From a virus (lineage: Duplodnaviria > Caudoviricetes): a stretch of DNA of 52,519 nucleotides. The notes under the pieces are model-generated. The model searched no databases and was not told the DNA's origin. It saw only the letters and a program-made list of their open reading frames with translations. Location: the IMG/VR virus record IMGVR_UViG_3300046714_000321, positions 1 to 52,519 of that record. One strand, given 5' to 3'. A program made the position numbers and the translations under genes. Positions 36,065 to 44,240 of the stretch are shown here, one piece after another; positions within the stretch are counted from its first letter, which is position 1, and every line of letters begins with the position of its first letter.

Positions 36065-36171
36065 CCGGGGACCCAGTGGGCCAGCCTGGCCAGGGCGATC
36101 TCCACGTACTTATCCGGGATGCGGCGGAGGACCTCGAGGACGTCTCCCCGGACCAGGCGAGCCTTGGGCAT
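36055..36171 (-). pseudogene. Internally deleted DNA methyltransferase remnant (38 aa)
   Basis: MPKARLVRGDVLEVLRRIPD resembles an N4/N6 MTase N-terminus and YVEIALARLAHW its C-terminus; no catalytic motifs between them. Confidence 0.55.
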
Positions 36172-36207
36172 AATCTGATAATAGGTGGCTGTTACTAGTA
36201 TCCCCTG

Positions 36208-36390
36208 GTGACTATCTCGGACCGACTGAGGGAGGAAGCACGGACGCTACTGGAGCTGGCCGACGAATTGGACCGGACCGAGAAAAAGGCGAAAACCGAC
36301 CGGCGGAAATCCGTTGTCCTTCCCGAGATATCCGAAACGCGCCGGGAAAAAGCGGCAGATAAGCTCCGAAAAATGGGTCTGGTTACTTGA
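36208..36390 (+). CDS. Small basic hypothetical protein
   Basis: TAGTAT 6 nt upstream of GTG; 60 aa helical. Confidence 0.6.
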   Translation: MTISDRLREEARTLLELADELDRTEKKAKTDRRKSVVLPEISETRREKAADKLRKMGLVT

Positions 36391-36415
36391 CCGAATCCAG
36401 CGCGGCGCTAGATTC
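36387..36415 (+). promoter_or_regulatory. Sigma-70-like promoter overlapped by palindromic operator A
   Basis: TTGACC-16nt-TAGATT; GAATCCAGCG-CGG-CGCTAGATTC. Confidence 0.65.
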
Positions 36416-36423
36416 AACGGACC

Positions 36424-37323
36424 ATGAAAAACTCGAAACGCACCGACTGCCACCGTCCCGGCGCGATTATCCCGAGCGACTATGAAGAGGTCCTTATCGA
36501 GGGCTGGGGTTTCGTGGCCTACATCCAGGGCCGCCAGGGGGAGCCCCCGTTCGGCGTCCGGGAAACCGTTAATTTCCTCATGGCCGAACGGGCCAAGGGG
36601 CGCCAGGTTTTCGGCGGTATCGGTAAGTGCGGCGTGTGCGGCGCGTGGTTTATGGAGGGCGTCGTCCTCCGCCATGTGCCGACCGGGGATTACGTCCACC
36701 TAGGCCACATGTGCGCGGAGAAGTACGAGATGCTGGCCGATTGCGACTGGGACGCGGCCACGAGCATGGTCCGCCGTCAGCGCGCCGCGGAGCTCACCCG
36801 CATCGAAAACGAGCGCCTCAAGGTCTGGGCCTGGAGCGAGGTGGACAAGGTCGAAGGCCTCCGCGCGGCCCTCGAAACTAACCACCACATCGTGGCCGAT
36901 ATCAAGGCGCGCGTGGACAAGGGTCGCGTACCGAGCGAACGCCAGACGGCCCTGGTTTTCAAGCTGGCCAAGGAAGCGGTGGAGCGCGTGCCCGAGGTCT
37001 ATGCGACGGCGCCGACGGGTCGCGTCACGGTCCGCGGCGTCGTCGTTTCCACCCGCACGGACGAGGGTCCCTGGGGTACCGCCCAGAAAATGGTGGTCAA
37101 GGTCACGGAGGCGGACGGCTCTATCTGGCTGGTTTGGAGCACCGCGCCCCAGTCAATCTACGACTCCCTCCATACGACTTTCGGCCACGGTGAGCCCCTC
37201 AAGGGCAAAGAGGTCGAGTTCACGGCCACTCTCTCACCGGGCAAGGACAAGCATTTCGCGTTTTGCAAACGACCCACCAAAGGCCGCGTGGTTACCACCC
37301 CGGCCGTCGCGGAGGCATCTTGA
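36424..37323 (+). CDS. Phage protein with a Zn-binding segment and C-terminal OB-fold-like domain
   Basis: CGVCG...GHMC; PSERQ helix; GRVTVRGVVVS...VEFTATL. Confidence 0.7.
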   Translation: MKNSKRTDCHRPGAIIPSDYEEVLIEGWGFVAYIQGRQGEPPFGVRETVNFLMAERAKGRQVFGGIGKCGVCGAWFMEGVVLRHVPTGDYVHLGHMCAEKYEMLADCDWDAATSMVRRQRAAELTRIENERLKVWAWSEVDKVEGLRAALETNHHIVADIKARVDKGRVPSERQTALVFKLAKEAVERVPEVYATAPTGRVTVRGVVVSTRTDEGPWGTAQKMVVKVTEADGSIWLVWSTAPQSIYDSLHTTFGHGEPLKGKEVEFTATLSPGKDKHFAFCKRPTKGRVVTTPAVAEAS

Positions 37324-37475
37324 AAAACGGCTTTATCGAAATCTCCGTGGACCAGACCCCCGAGGGTTTCCTCTGGCGGGTTTGGCTCCTCGGCCAGCTC
37401 CGATTTTTCGGCGTCCAGGAGACATTCTGGGGCGCGCACCGCGAGGCGGCCACGGCCGCGGGGGGCTTGTCATGA
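37320..37475 (+). CDS. Hypothetical protein
   Basis: GGAGG RBS, TTGA coupling. Confidence 0.45.
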   Translation: MKNGFIEISVDQTPEGFLWRVWLLGQLRFFGVQETFWGAHREAATAAGGLS

Positions 37476-37636
37476 GCTCCGGCGCCATGACCCTGAACCT
37501 GGCCGACCAGGCGTTTCAGAACGTCCGTTCCAAGCTTCCCCCGGACCAGGCCGCGGCCTGGGACACCCTCGCGAAAGGCCAACCCCTCAACGTTTTGGTG
37601 CGCCTCGCTCGTCTCTGGCGCGTGGAGATTACGTAA
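37472..37636 (+). CDS. Hypothetical protein
   Basis: ATGA and TAATG coupling. Confidence 0.5.
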   Translation: MSSGAMTLNLADQAFQNVRSKLPPDQAAAWDTLAKGQPLNVLVRLARLWRVEIT

Positions 37637-37908
37637 TGGCCCGGATTACGGCGCGACAGAGCCGCACCCTGACACACGGCTGGCACGAAAAGGGTGGCCT
37701 GGAAATCTCCGTGAATGGGGAGTGGGTTGCAGTCGTATATCCGAGCAAGGCCCGAATCGGCCAGTGGCGCTGGGCCATCCAAATGGGCCTATCGATTCCG
37801 ACCCCTCCGCCAACGGAGCGAGATAACTTTTACGAGACCCGGGACGAAGCAAAAGCCGCGTGCGTCGAATACATCCGCGCCCAGCTGGCCAAGGTCGAGG
37901 GCCTATGA
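37636..37908 (+). CDS. Hypothetical protein
   Basis: GGAG RBS; coupled on both sides. Confidence 0.65.
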   Translation: MARITARQSRTLTHGWHEKGGLEISVNGEWVAVVYPSKARIGQWRWAIQMGLSIPTPPPTERDNFYETRDEAKAACVEYIRAQLAKVEGL

Positions 37909-38087
37909 AACCGGGCGATACCGTGCGCGTAAGCGAGACTGCCAATATCAAACTCCTCCAGCCGGGCGAACTGGGCCAGGTCGTGGAGGTCTCCCCGGTC
38001 GTGGACTCCAAGCCGGCCGTGCGCGTCGCGTTCGCCACCGGGTGGATCGTCTGGCTTTTCCCCTCCGAATACGAGGCCGTCCCGTGA
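37905..38087 (+). CDS. Small SH3/KOW-like protein
   Basis: MKPGDTVRV...GELGQVVEV. Confidence 0.55.
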   Translation: MKPGDTVRVSETANIKLLQPGELGQVVEVSPVVDSKPAVRVAFATGWIVWLFPSEYEAVP

Positions 38088-39247
38088 CCCGGCCCCCCGG
38101 AAACGTGACGGAGCTCGCTCCCGGCCGCTGGCGCGCGCGGGTGTTCCATGACGGAAAGCTGAAGCACCTGGGCGTCCATGCGACAGAGTCCGAGGCCTGG
38201 GACATGATCGTGGTCTGGCACGAGACGCGGGCCAAGCGCGGCGGGTCTGACTCGTTTCTGAACTTCGGGGAGTCGGTCCTCGAGTCTCGGGAGCTGGAGG
38301 GTACCTCGGACGCCCAGACGGACGCGGGCCGCTTCCGCAAGCACATCGCCACGGCGCCGTGGGCCAGCCAGCCGGTGGACAAGATCGAAACCCCGGAGCT
38401 GGTCGACTGGCTCCGAAAGTCCCTCTACCGGCGTAAGGCTGACGACCAGCGGGGGTCCCGCCTGATCAAGCGGCGCACGGTCCAGCGGATCATGTCCCTC
38501 GTCTCGGTCATCTTCTCGGAGGCCGTGCTCCATGGAAAGCGCTCAACCAACCCGTGCGCGGCCATCGAGGTCAAGCTGACGTCCGAAGAGATCGCGGACC
38601 AGGAAGAGGCCTGGGACTGGATCCGACCGGCGGAGCAGAAGAAGTTCCTTGCAGCCACGGAGGTCCCCGAGGCCTTCCGCGTCATGTCCTGGTTCGCGTG
38701 GCGGACCGGACTCCGTCAGGGGGAGCAGTGGAGCCTCACCCTGGACCGCGTGATCATGGAAGCCGAGCGCCCCCACCTCGTGGTTAACAAGGGGTCGGCT
38801 AAGGGCTCCACCAAAACGCGGCGCACGCGTCGGGTGCCATTGTTTGGGGAGGGGCTGGACGCGGCCAAGGCCTGGCTGGAAATCCTCCCTCACTACGCGA
38901 AGGAGAACCCCCGCGGCCTGGTCTTCCCCCGCGCGTGCGGAACGCACCGGGGCAAGGGTCCGCCCAAGCTGGGAATCACGGTAGACGGGAAGCCCCAGAA
39001 GGTGCTGGCCCTGGACCACTACATGAAACTGGCGGGCGTGGATCGCTACCTCCGGTGGCACGACCTCCGCCACTCCTTCGCCGCGAACCTGGTCTCGGGC
39101 CTCTGGGGCCGGCCGCGTTCGCTCCTGGAGATCAAGGCTCTCATGGGCCATGGGTCGATCAAAACAACGGAGATTTACGCTCACCTGGCAGACGGTTTCG
39201 TGGACGTCGCGGCGAGTGAGGAAGGCTGGAAGGAAGATGAAATGTGA
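38084..39247 (+). CDS. int: Tyrosine integrase with an AP2-like N-terminal arm-binding domain
   Basis: TGLRQGE, TKT, HDLRH, LMGH, TEIY catalytic set; GRWRARVFHDGKLKHLG...EA N-terminus; GTG start at 38084. Confidence 0.93.
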   Translation: MTRPPGNVTELAPGRWRARVFHDGKLKHLGVHATESEAWDMIVVWHETRAKRGGSDSFLNFGESVLESRELEGTSDAQTDAGRFRKHIATAPWASQPVDKIETPELVDWLRKSLYRRKADDQRGSRLIKRRTVQRIMSLVSVIFSEAVLHGKRSTNPCAAIEVKLTSEEIADQEEAWDWIRPAEQKKFLAATEVPEAFRVMSWFAWRTGLRQGEQWSLTLDRVIMEAERPHLVVNKGSAKGSTKTRRTRRVPLFGEGLDAAKAWLEILPHYAKENPRGLVFPRACGTHRGKGPPKLGITVDGKPQKVLALDHYMKLAGVDRYLRWHDLRHSFAANLVSGLWGRPRSLLEIKALMGHGSIKTTEIYAHLADGFVDVAASEEGWKEDEM

Positions 39248-39623
39248 TTGGTGCGCCTCCCCCGTGAATCCCTTGAAAGCAAGCCGGATGGTGGGTTTCT
39301 CCCAGACGTTCTGCTGCCCGGATTGCGCGTACGCCTGGCAGTTGGCACTAGCCCGGCCTCCAGCCCCAGCCCCTCCCTCGCCCAAGTGCGACCAGTGCAA
39401 GCGTGCTTTGCCCCCAACCAACTACCAGATCCAGGGCCACGTCGAATTTTTCTGTAGCATCGGATGCGCAAACAACTGGACGATCAGCCAGAGCCGGGTC
39501 CAGGCCCCACCTCTCGCACCGGAGCCCAAGCCCGAGCCCGAGGACTGGCGCGCGTGGGCCCGCGTGCGCGAGGGCGAGTGTGCTTGCGGCATCCCCCGGG
39601 CGTCGTGCGAGTACCACCGATGA
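39237..39623 (+). CDS. Multi-zinc-finger (TRASH/MYM-like) protein
   Basis: CDWC...FCCPDC, CDQC...FCSIGC, CACG....CEYH. Confidence 0.65.
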   Translation: MKCDWCASPVNPLKASRMVGFSQTFCCPDCAYAWQLALARPPAPAPPSPKCDQCKRALPPTNYQIQGHVEFFCSIGCANNWTISQSRVQAPPLAPEPKPEPEDWRAWARVREGECACGIPRASCEYHR

Positions 39624-39635
39624 CCAGACCGATCG

Positions 39636-39807
39636 GTCACTTGACACGGGACTTGACACGGTCCGGAGTGACGATATGCCCAAGTCCTCGTAATCTTGGG
39701 CGCGCTCGGCGCGACTTGAACGCGCGACCTACGGTTTAGGAATGCTAATATCAGGTTAATGATAACAGGAGTTTGGGCGCGATCATGTCAAGTGACGGTC
39801 AAGTGAC
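39636..39807. other. attP: core matching the 3' half of tRNA-Arg(CCT) (39701-39742, minus strand) with flanking arm-type repeats
   Basis: Minus strand TT-CCT-AA ACCGT AGGTC GCGCG-TTCAAGT-CGCGC CGAGCGC G; GTCACTTGAC/GGGACTTGAC on the left, GTCAAGTGAC x2 on the right. Confidence 0.85.
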
Positions 39808-40018
39808 GTATGAAGTCTTCCTCAGGGTCTCCCCGCGCAATGGGGAATGGCTCGTGATTCTGGAGGAAGCCTCGCACCCCTCGGCCCACTACTTACGATC
39901 CGAATGCGTCACCCTCGCGCGATTCGATTGCGAAGAGTCGGCCCACGCGTACGTCCGAGAGTGGTTTAAGCTGGCGCGGAACATGCCCGAGGACCGAGAG
40001 GAGGTGCGCCGTGGATGA
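39785..40018 (+). CDS. Hypothetical protein
   Basis: 77 aa ORF after attP, overlapping the right arm repeats. Confidence 0.45.
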   Translation: MSSDGQVTYEVFLRVSPRNGEWLVILEEASHPSAHYLRSECVTLARFDCEESAHAYVREWFKLARNMPEDREEVRRG

Positions 40019-40077
40019 AGTTCGCCCACAAGCATTTGCCTGCTTGCGTACGCGTACTTCCTCTGGCGTGGAGGGGA

Positions 40078-40656
40078 CTAGGGCGCCGTGTACGAGGCGT
40101 AACCGTCGCCACCGACGGACCAGCCCGCATCGAACGTCACGCCCGTAACGTCCGCATCTCCGAAGTAGCAGCCACGAAGGTTGGCCGTGGTCAGAATGCA
40201 GTCCGTCATGTCCGTCCCAGCGAAGGACGCGCCACGGAGGTCGGCACTCGTGAGGTCACACCCCAGCAAGGCGCCGTCCGTAACGATGCAGCCTCGGAGG
40301 TCGGCACCGGTGAGGTCCGTATCCTCGTCCGCCGTGAGCTCCGACATAACCGAACCGGCCAGCTTAGCGCCCGAGAGGTCCGCCCCGGAGACGTCCGCCC
40401 GGGACAAGAAACAGCCGACCAGGAGAGCATCCGAGAGGTCCGCGCCCGTGAGGGTCGCGCCCTTCATGTTAACAGCTTGCCCCGTCACACCGGCCAGGCT
40501 CGCCTCCGATAGATCCGCCCCCTCGAGGGACGCACACTGAAGGTTGGCGCCGTCCAGGGTCAGGTCCGAGAGGTCCATTCCATTCATGGACTCGCCCCGC
40601 AGATTCGCGAGATGCAGATCCGTGATACCTGCTTGAAGCCGGGCCAGGTCGCTCAT
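40078..40656 (-). CDS. Pentapeptide repeat protein
   Basis: Continuous A(D/N)LxG repeats across the whole protein. Confidence 0.9.
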   Translation of the reverse strand: MSDLARLQAGITDLHLANLRGESMNGMDLSDLTLDGANLQCASLEGADLSEASLAGVTGQAVNMKGATLTGADLSDALLVGCFLSRADVSGADLSGAKLAGSVMSELTADEDTDLTGADLRGCIVTDGALLGCDLTSADLRGASFAGTDMTDCILTTANLRGCYFGDADVTGVTFDAGWSVGGDGYASYTAP

Positions 40657-40665
40657 GGCCAAAAG

Positions 40666-41436
40666 CTAGCTGCCGAGCAAGGCCAGGCGAGCGGCGCCGT
40701 CCAGTCGCTGGTAGGGCTTCCCTTGCGCCCAGGCCTTGAATGCAGCCAGGGAGAGGGGGCCGATGGCTCCGTCCTCGACCAGGTTCGCGCCCGCGCGATT
40801 GAGGCCAGCCTGGGCCATCTTATTCAAGCTGGTAACAGCTGTCTTATAGACCTGGAGGCCTCGGCAGAGTTCCACCGTAACGATCAGGTCCCGGACGTTG
40901 ATGTAGCCCTTGCGCTTGATCCGTGGGTCCACGGGATCGGGGATCTCCGGGTGGCCAGCTTGGGGGCGGTCGAGGCCGCGATTGACGCGCCAGGTCGCGG
41001 CTTCCTTGGCCTTCCGACTGTCGAAAATAATGAAGTCCGGATCGTCCTTGTGGCCAAGGTGCGCCGGGGCGAAGTTCAGGAGATAGAGCGCGCCGCCCGT
41101 CCGGAACTCCCCGAAATGGAACCGACCGCGCCAGTCCTCCACGTACTTCGAAAACCACTCCAGCTGGGTCTGAATTCCCACCTCTCGAAAGTCGGCATGC
41201 GTCCCAGGGAAGCCCAGGTTGTGCAGGATCTCGGGCATCGCTTGCCAGAGGCCGGAAGCGTGGCCCGAAAGGTTGTGCGCATAGGGCCCGCGCGGGGGCG
41301 TGCGCGTAGTTACCAGGCCGCTTTCGTTCGTAGCGAAAGCCAGGAAATCCTCGGGCTGGTAGCGCGCGCTGTACGCCTCACGTACAAGCGTCGCGTAGTC
41401 CTCGGGCGTCCAGCCGTTGGCGTCACGTTCGAACAT
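40666..41436 (-). CDS. Endolysin (lysozyme/transglycosylase-like catalytic domain plus peptidoglycan-binding domain)
   Basis: NESG, ASGLWQAMP; C-terminal QAGLN...LVEDGAIGPLSLAAF; ATG at 41436. Confidence 0.8.
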   Translation of the reverse strand: MFERDANGWTPEDYATLVREAYSARYQPEDFLAFATNESGLVTTRTPPRGPYAHNLSGHASGLWQAMPEILHNLGFPGTHADFREVGIQTQLEWFSKYVEDWRGRFHFGEFRTGGALYLLNFAPAHLGHKDDPDFIIFDSRKAKEAATWRVNRGLDRPQAGHPEIPDPVDPRIKRKGYINVRDLIVTVELCRGLQVYKTAVTSLNKMAQAGLNRAGANLVEDGAIGPLSLAAFKAWAQGKPYQRLDGAARLALLGS

Positions 41437-41683
41437 GGAACTTGAGGACCTCGTGGAGAATGGCGGCCGCCTCGGCCGAGTCCTTGGCCGCTTCGATCTC
41501 AGCCTTGACGTCGCGGCCACCGTTGAGGGCGTCCAGGAGCGCCGGCACGAGGCTCGGCAAAAGGGCCACGAGGGTCTCAGCGATGAGGGGCGCCTTGTCG
41601 TCCGGGGCGTCGTGCGACCCCAGATCCACGAACGTGTCGTTAGGCCCGTCGTAGTACGTGATCGCTACGGAGGACGGATTCAC
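41423..41683 (-). CDS. Lysis-cassette hypothetical protein
   Basis: GTGA-coupled start at 41683; amphipathic helix. Confidence 0.5.
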   Translation of the reverse strand: MNPSSVAITYYDGPNDTFVDLGSHDAPDDKAPLIAETLVALLPSLVPALLDALNGGRDVKAEIEAAKDSAEAAAILHEVLKFHVRT

Positions 41684-42123
41684 GGCGCCCCCGCGTCGGC
41701 GCAAACGAGGGTGCTTCCGTCCACGTGGCAGTGAGCGGGGACCGGGGTGCACGGGCGCCCGTCGGCCAGGTTGACCCGGCACCGGCATTCCTGAGACTGG
41801 GCCAGGGTGGCCGCCGTGGACACGCACATTTCCAGCTGGGCCGCGTAGGTGGTCGGGGGGATAGCCTCGGCGCACGCGGCCACGAGAACCAGGAGCGCCC
41901 CGCCCGAGATGAGGGTAAGGTTCGGCCCTCCGCCGTTGCTCCCGTCAGCCGGGGGAGGGGGCGACGGCGGGTTTTTCCGGCCCAGTACGGCCGGCCCGAG
42001 AGCCGCGATAACGGTTCCGATTACGACGATCAGCTCCTTTTGGTCCGGGAAATACCGGAGCAGGGCCATCTCGCAAACCACGAGGGCGACCAGAAGAATG
42101 GCCGCGGGGTAGTTAATGGTCAT
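41680..42123 (-). CDS. Membrane protein of the lysis cassette (holin/spanin-like)
   Basis: Two N-terminal transmembrane segments, Pro linker, third hydrophobic segment ending VAAC, Cys-rich tail. Confidence 0.6.
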   Translation of the reverse strand: MTINYPAAILLVALVVCEMALLRYFPDQKELIVVIGTVIAALGPAVLGRKNPPSPPPPADGSNGGGPNLTLISGGALLVLVAACAEAIPPTTYAAQLEMCVSTAATLAQSQECRCRVNLADGRPCTPVPAHCHVDGSTLVCADAGAP

Positions 42124-42135
42124 TGCTAACAGAAG

Positions 42136-42303
42136 TTAGCGAAGGGCGCGTGCACGCTCGCGCGCGGGGGCAGCTTTCTTTTCCGGGAAACGCTTCTCCA
42201 AGCGCTCCAAACGGGCGTCCAGTTTCGCCAGTTTCGTAGCCAGAAACCAGGTGGCGACGATAACAGAGCCCAGCTGTAGACCCAGGTCCACGAGGGGGTG
42301 CAT
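42136..42303 (-). CDS. Small single-TM coiled-coil protein (holin-like, 55 aa, absent from the ORF track)
   Basis: MHPLVDLGLQLGSVIVATWFLATKLAKLDARLERLEKRF...; TAATG coupling. Confidence 0.6.
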   Translation of the reverse strand: MHPLVDLGLQLGSVIVATWFLATKLAKLDARLERLEKRFPEKKAAPARERARALR

Positions 42304-42866
42304 TACTGCTCCACGACGAGACTGGTTGCGGTTGTGCCGTTTGCGGTCGAAGCGATGGCCACGATTTCGCCCGTGATATACGAGCCGGCCAGGGCCTTGT
42401 AGGTGCGCCAGCCGACCGTGAGGCCTCCGCCGTTGTCCACGTCCTCCTGCATTTTGATCAGGACGTCACCCGCGCCGCCCACGAAAATACGCCGCGCGAA
42501 GGGGGCGAAGTATCCGGGGTTACGCGAGATCCGGAACTTCTGACTCGTGAGGCTCGAAAACGAGACGCTGGAAGCCAGGGTTACGGTCGTGGCCGTCGTG
42601 CTGACGATGGTGTATTCGCCCGCGTTCGCGCCGCCGAAGATCGTGAGGGTGCCACCCGCATAGGTCGCATCCGTTGGGATACCGCCACCGGCCGAGGTCA
42701 GGACGTGGCCAGCCGCGCTGGTAGACCCGTCGGTGCCAGTCTTGTTTTCGCTTCCGAGTTTCGTCAGATCGACGTCCCCCACGTCCAGCGCGGCGGCCGC
42801 CGAACGGCTCGGAATGACCTGCGAAGGGCTCCGGAGAAAGCTGGCCGTTTTGGTGCGCATGGTCAT
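42303..42866 (-). CDS. Putative virion/tail-associated protein
   Basis: Thr/Gly-rich beta protein, RRIFVGGAGDV; in the fibre operon. Confidence 0.6.
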   Translation of the reverse strand: MTMRTKTASFLRSPSQVIPSRSAAAALDVGDVDLTKLGSENKTGTDGSTSAAGHVLTSAGGGIPTDATYAGGTLTIFGGANAGEYTIVSTTATTVTLASSVSFSSLTSQKFRISRNPGYFAPFARRIFVGGAGDVLIKMQEDVDNGGGLTVGWRTYKALAGSYITGEIVAIASTANGTTATSLVVEQ

Positions 42867-42867
42867 G

Positions 42868-43269
42868 TTACGCGTTGCCCGCGGTCAGGGTGAAACTCGT
42901 GATCGTGAAAAGCTGGCCCGAAGCGAGGGAGGTCGTATCCAGGGTCATATCCCCGCCCCCGCCCGTGGCGGTAATCGAGCCTTGGATATGACACGTGGAA
43001 CTGACCTTGATCCGGAAGTGTCCGGCCGTCCCGGTGCCATCCGCGCTGGAGTCCGACCAGGTCCCCGAGAGGGCTTTCGCACCGGAGGCCGCGGCGGCCA
43101 TCCAGTCGCTGGGGAGGGTCAGTGTCGCGAGGACCGATCCAGCGTCCGCCGCAGCGCAGTTAGCGGGCTTGGTACTGGTGCGGATTTCGAGGGTGGGAGA
43201 GGTACTGATCGTCGACTCGATCACATCGAGCATCGCGTTCCGTACCGTGGTCGAAAACTGAATTCCCAT
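42868..43269 (-). CDS. Putative tail-associated structural protein
   Basis: FSTTVRNAMLD...ADGTGTAGHFRI...FTLTAGNA. Confidence 0.65.
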   Translation of the reverse strand: MGIQFSTTVRNAMLDVIESTISTSPTLEIRTSTKPANCAAADAGSVLATLTLPSDWMAAAASGAKALSGTWSDSSADGTGTAGHFRIKVSSTCHIQGSITATGGGGDMTLDTTSLASGQLFTITSFTLTAGNA

Positions 43270-43276
43270 GGTGCTA

Positions 43277-44239
43277 TTAACCGTAGAGAGCGGCCAGCTG
43301 GGCGTCCAAATAGGCCACCTGGGCGTCCGTTAGGTACGCATCGAAAGCACCGCACGCCGCGATATCGCAGCTGGGACCGGAGGTGGTGTTATTGCTTCCC
43401 ACGATCGTAACGGACGTGGTGACATGTTTCCAAAACCAAGGGCTTCCGGAAACAGTTGTATTCACACCGTTTATCGCGGCCTTAAACCAGGTCGTGGAGT
43501 CGACGTCGTCCGAGCCTCCGCCCCAGTTACGGATAATCCAGCGCTCCCAGGTGCCGTTGGAGTAGGTGCCGAATTGGCAGGACTTGACGGTGCCTCCCGA
43601 GGTTCGGGCCTGCATCTGGCGAGTATTCGTTGATAGCTCCAGCTGCCAGCCGCCTCGCACGCTGTTATTATTGTGGAGGAACATGAGTCCCCCCGACCCG
43701 GCCGTACGCTTAAAAACGAGATAAGCCGTATACCCGTTGGCCACGCTGAAACAGGCCGTGGAATTGGAGTGGGACGCGAACTTGCCGTTAGTTCCGTCCG
43801 GCGCTGACCGCATGATATCTTTGGCGGAATTGCTGGACCCATTATCGATCCAGGTCATTTTCCGGCCCGAGGTTCCTTGGGTCGGGGACCGGCCACCGGT
43901 CGAAAGGTCGTTCACGGTGCCGATGAGATCGGACCCGTCTTTTACGACACCCACCGTCGCGTCCGCGTTGTAAGTCATCGCCTCCGCTGGCATTTGGAGG
44001 CCCGCGGAAACCAGCGTCACGTCGTCCAGGGTCGCGGAAAGGTCTCCGTACGCGGAGGCCAGGCCGGCCGAGGACACGGTCACATCGTCCAGGGTCGCGG
44101 AAAGGTCCCCGTAGGCTCCGGCTTTGCCGACCGATGCCAGGGTGACGTCGTCCAGCGTGGCCGCCAAACCGGCCAGCGTGGAGGGGAGGATAACCGACGA
44201 CGGGTTATCGAGGCCTATGCCAAACGTAAATGCCCACAT
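43277..44239 (-). CDS. Fibre/adhesin protein with 21-aa repeats and a C-terminal lectin (ConA/LamG)-like domain
   Basis: ATLDDVT repeated three times at a 63-bp period; ends FDAYLTDAQV..L...YG. Confidence 0.65.
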   Translation of the reverse strand: MWAFTFGIGLDNPSSVILPSTLAGLAATLDDVTLASVGKAGAYGDLSATLDDVTVSSAGLASAYGDLSATLDDVTLVSAGLQMPAEAMTYNADATVGVVKDGSDLIGTVNDLSTGGRSPTQGTSGRKMTWIDNGSSNSAKDIMRSAPDGTNGKFASHSNSTACFSVANGYTAYLVFKRTAGSGGLMFLHNNNSVRGGWQLELSTNTRQMQARTSGGTVKSCQFGTYSNGTWERWIIRNWGGGSDDVDSTTWFKAAINGVNTTVSGSPWFWKHVTTSVTIVGSNNTTSGPSCDIAACGAFDAYLTDAQVAYLDAQLAALYG

Positions 44240-44240
44240 G

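Noticed and set aside
37715-38083. 510-aa integrase start and 664-aa helicase start given in the ORF track
   Set aside because: The extensions overlap coupled upstream genes; coupled starts at 38084 and 8071 fit better
39697-39745. Functional phage tRNA-Arg gene
   Set aside because: Only the 3' half is present; the upstream sequence cannot form the D-arm or 5' acceptor strand, so it is the att core
44003-44165. Diversity-generating retroelement repeat pair in the fibre genes
   Set aside because: These are adjacent 63-bp coding repeats without adenine-specific differences, and there is no reverse transcriptase
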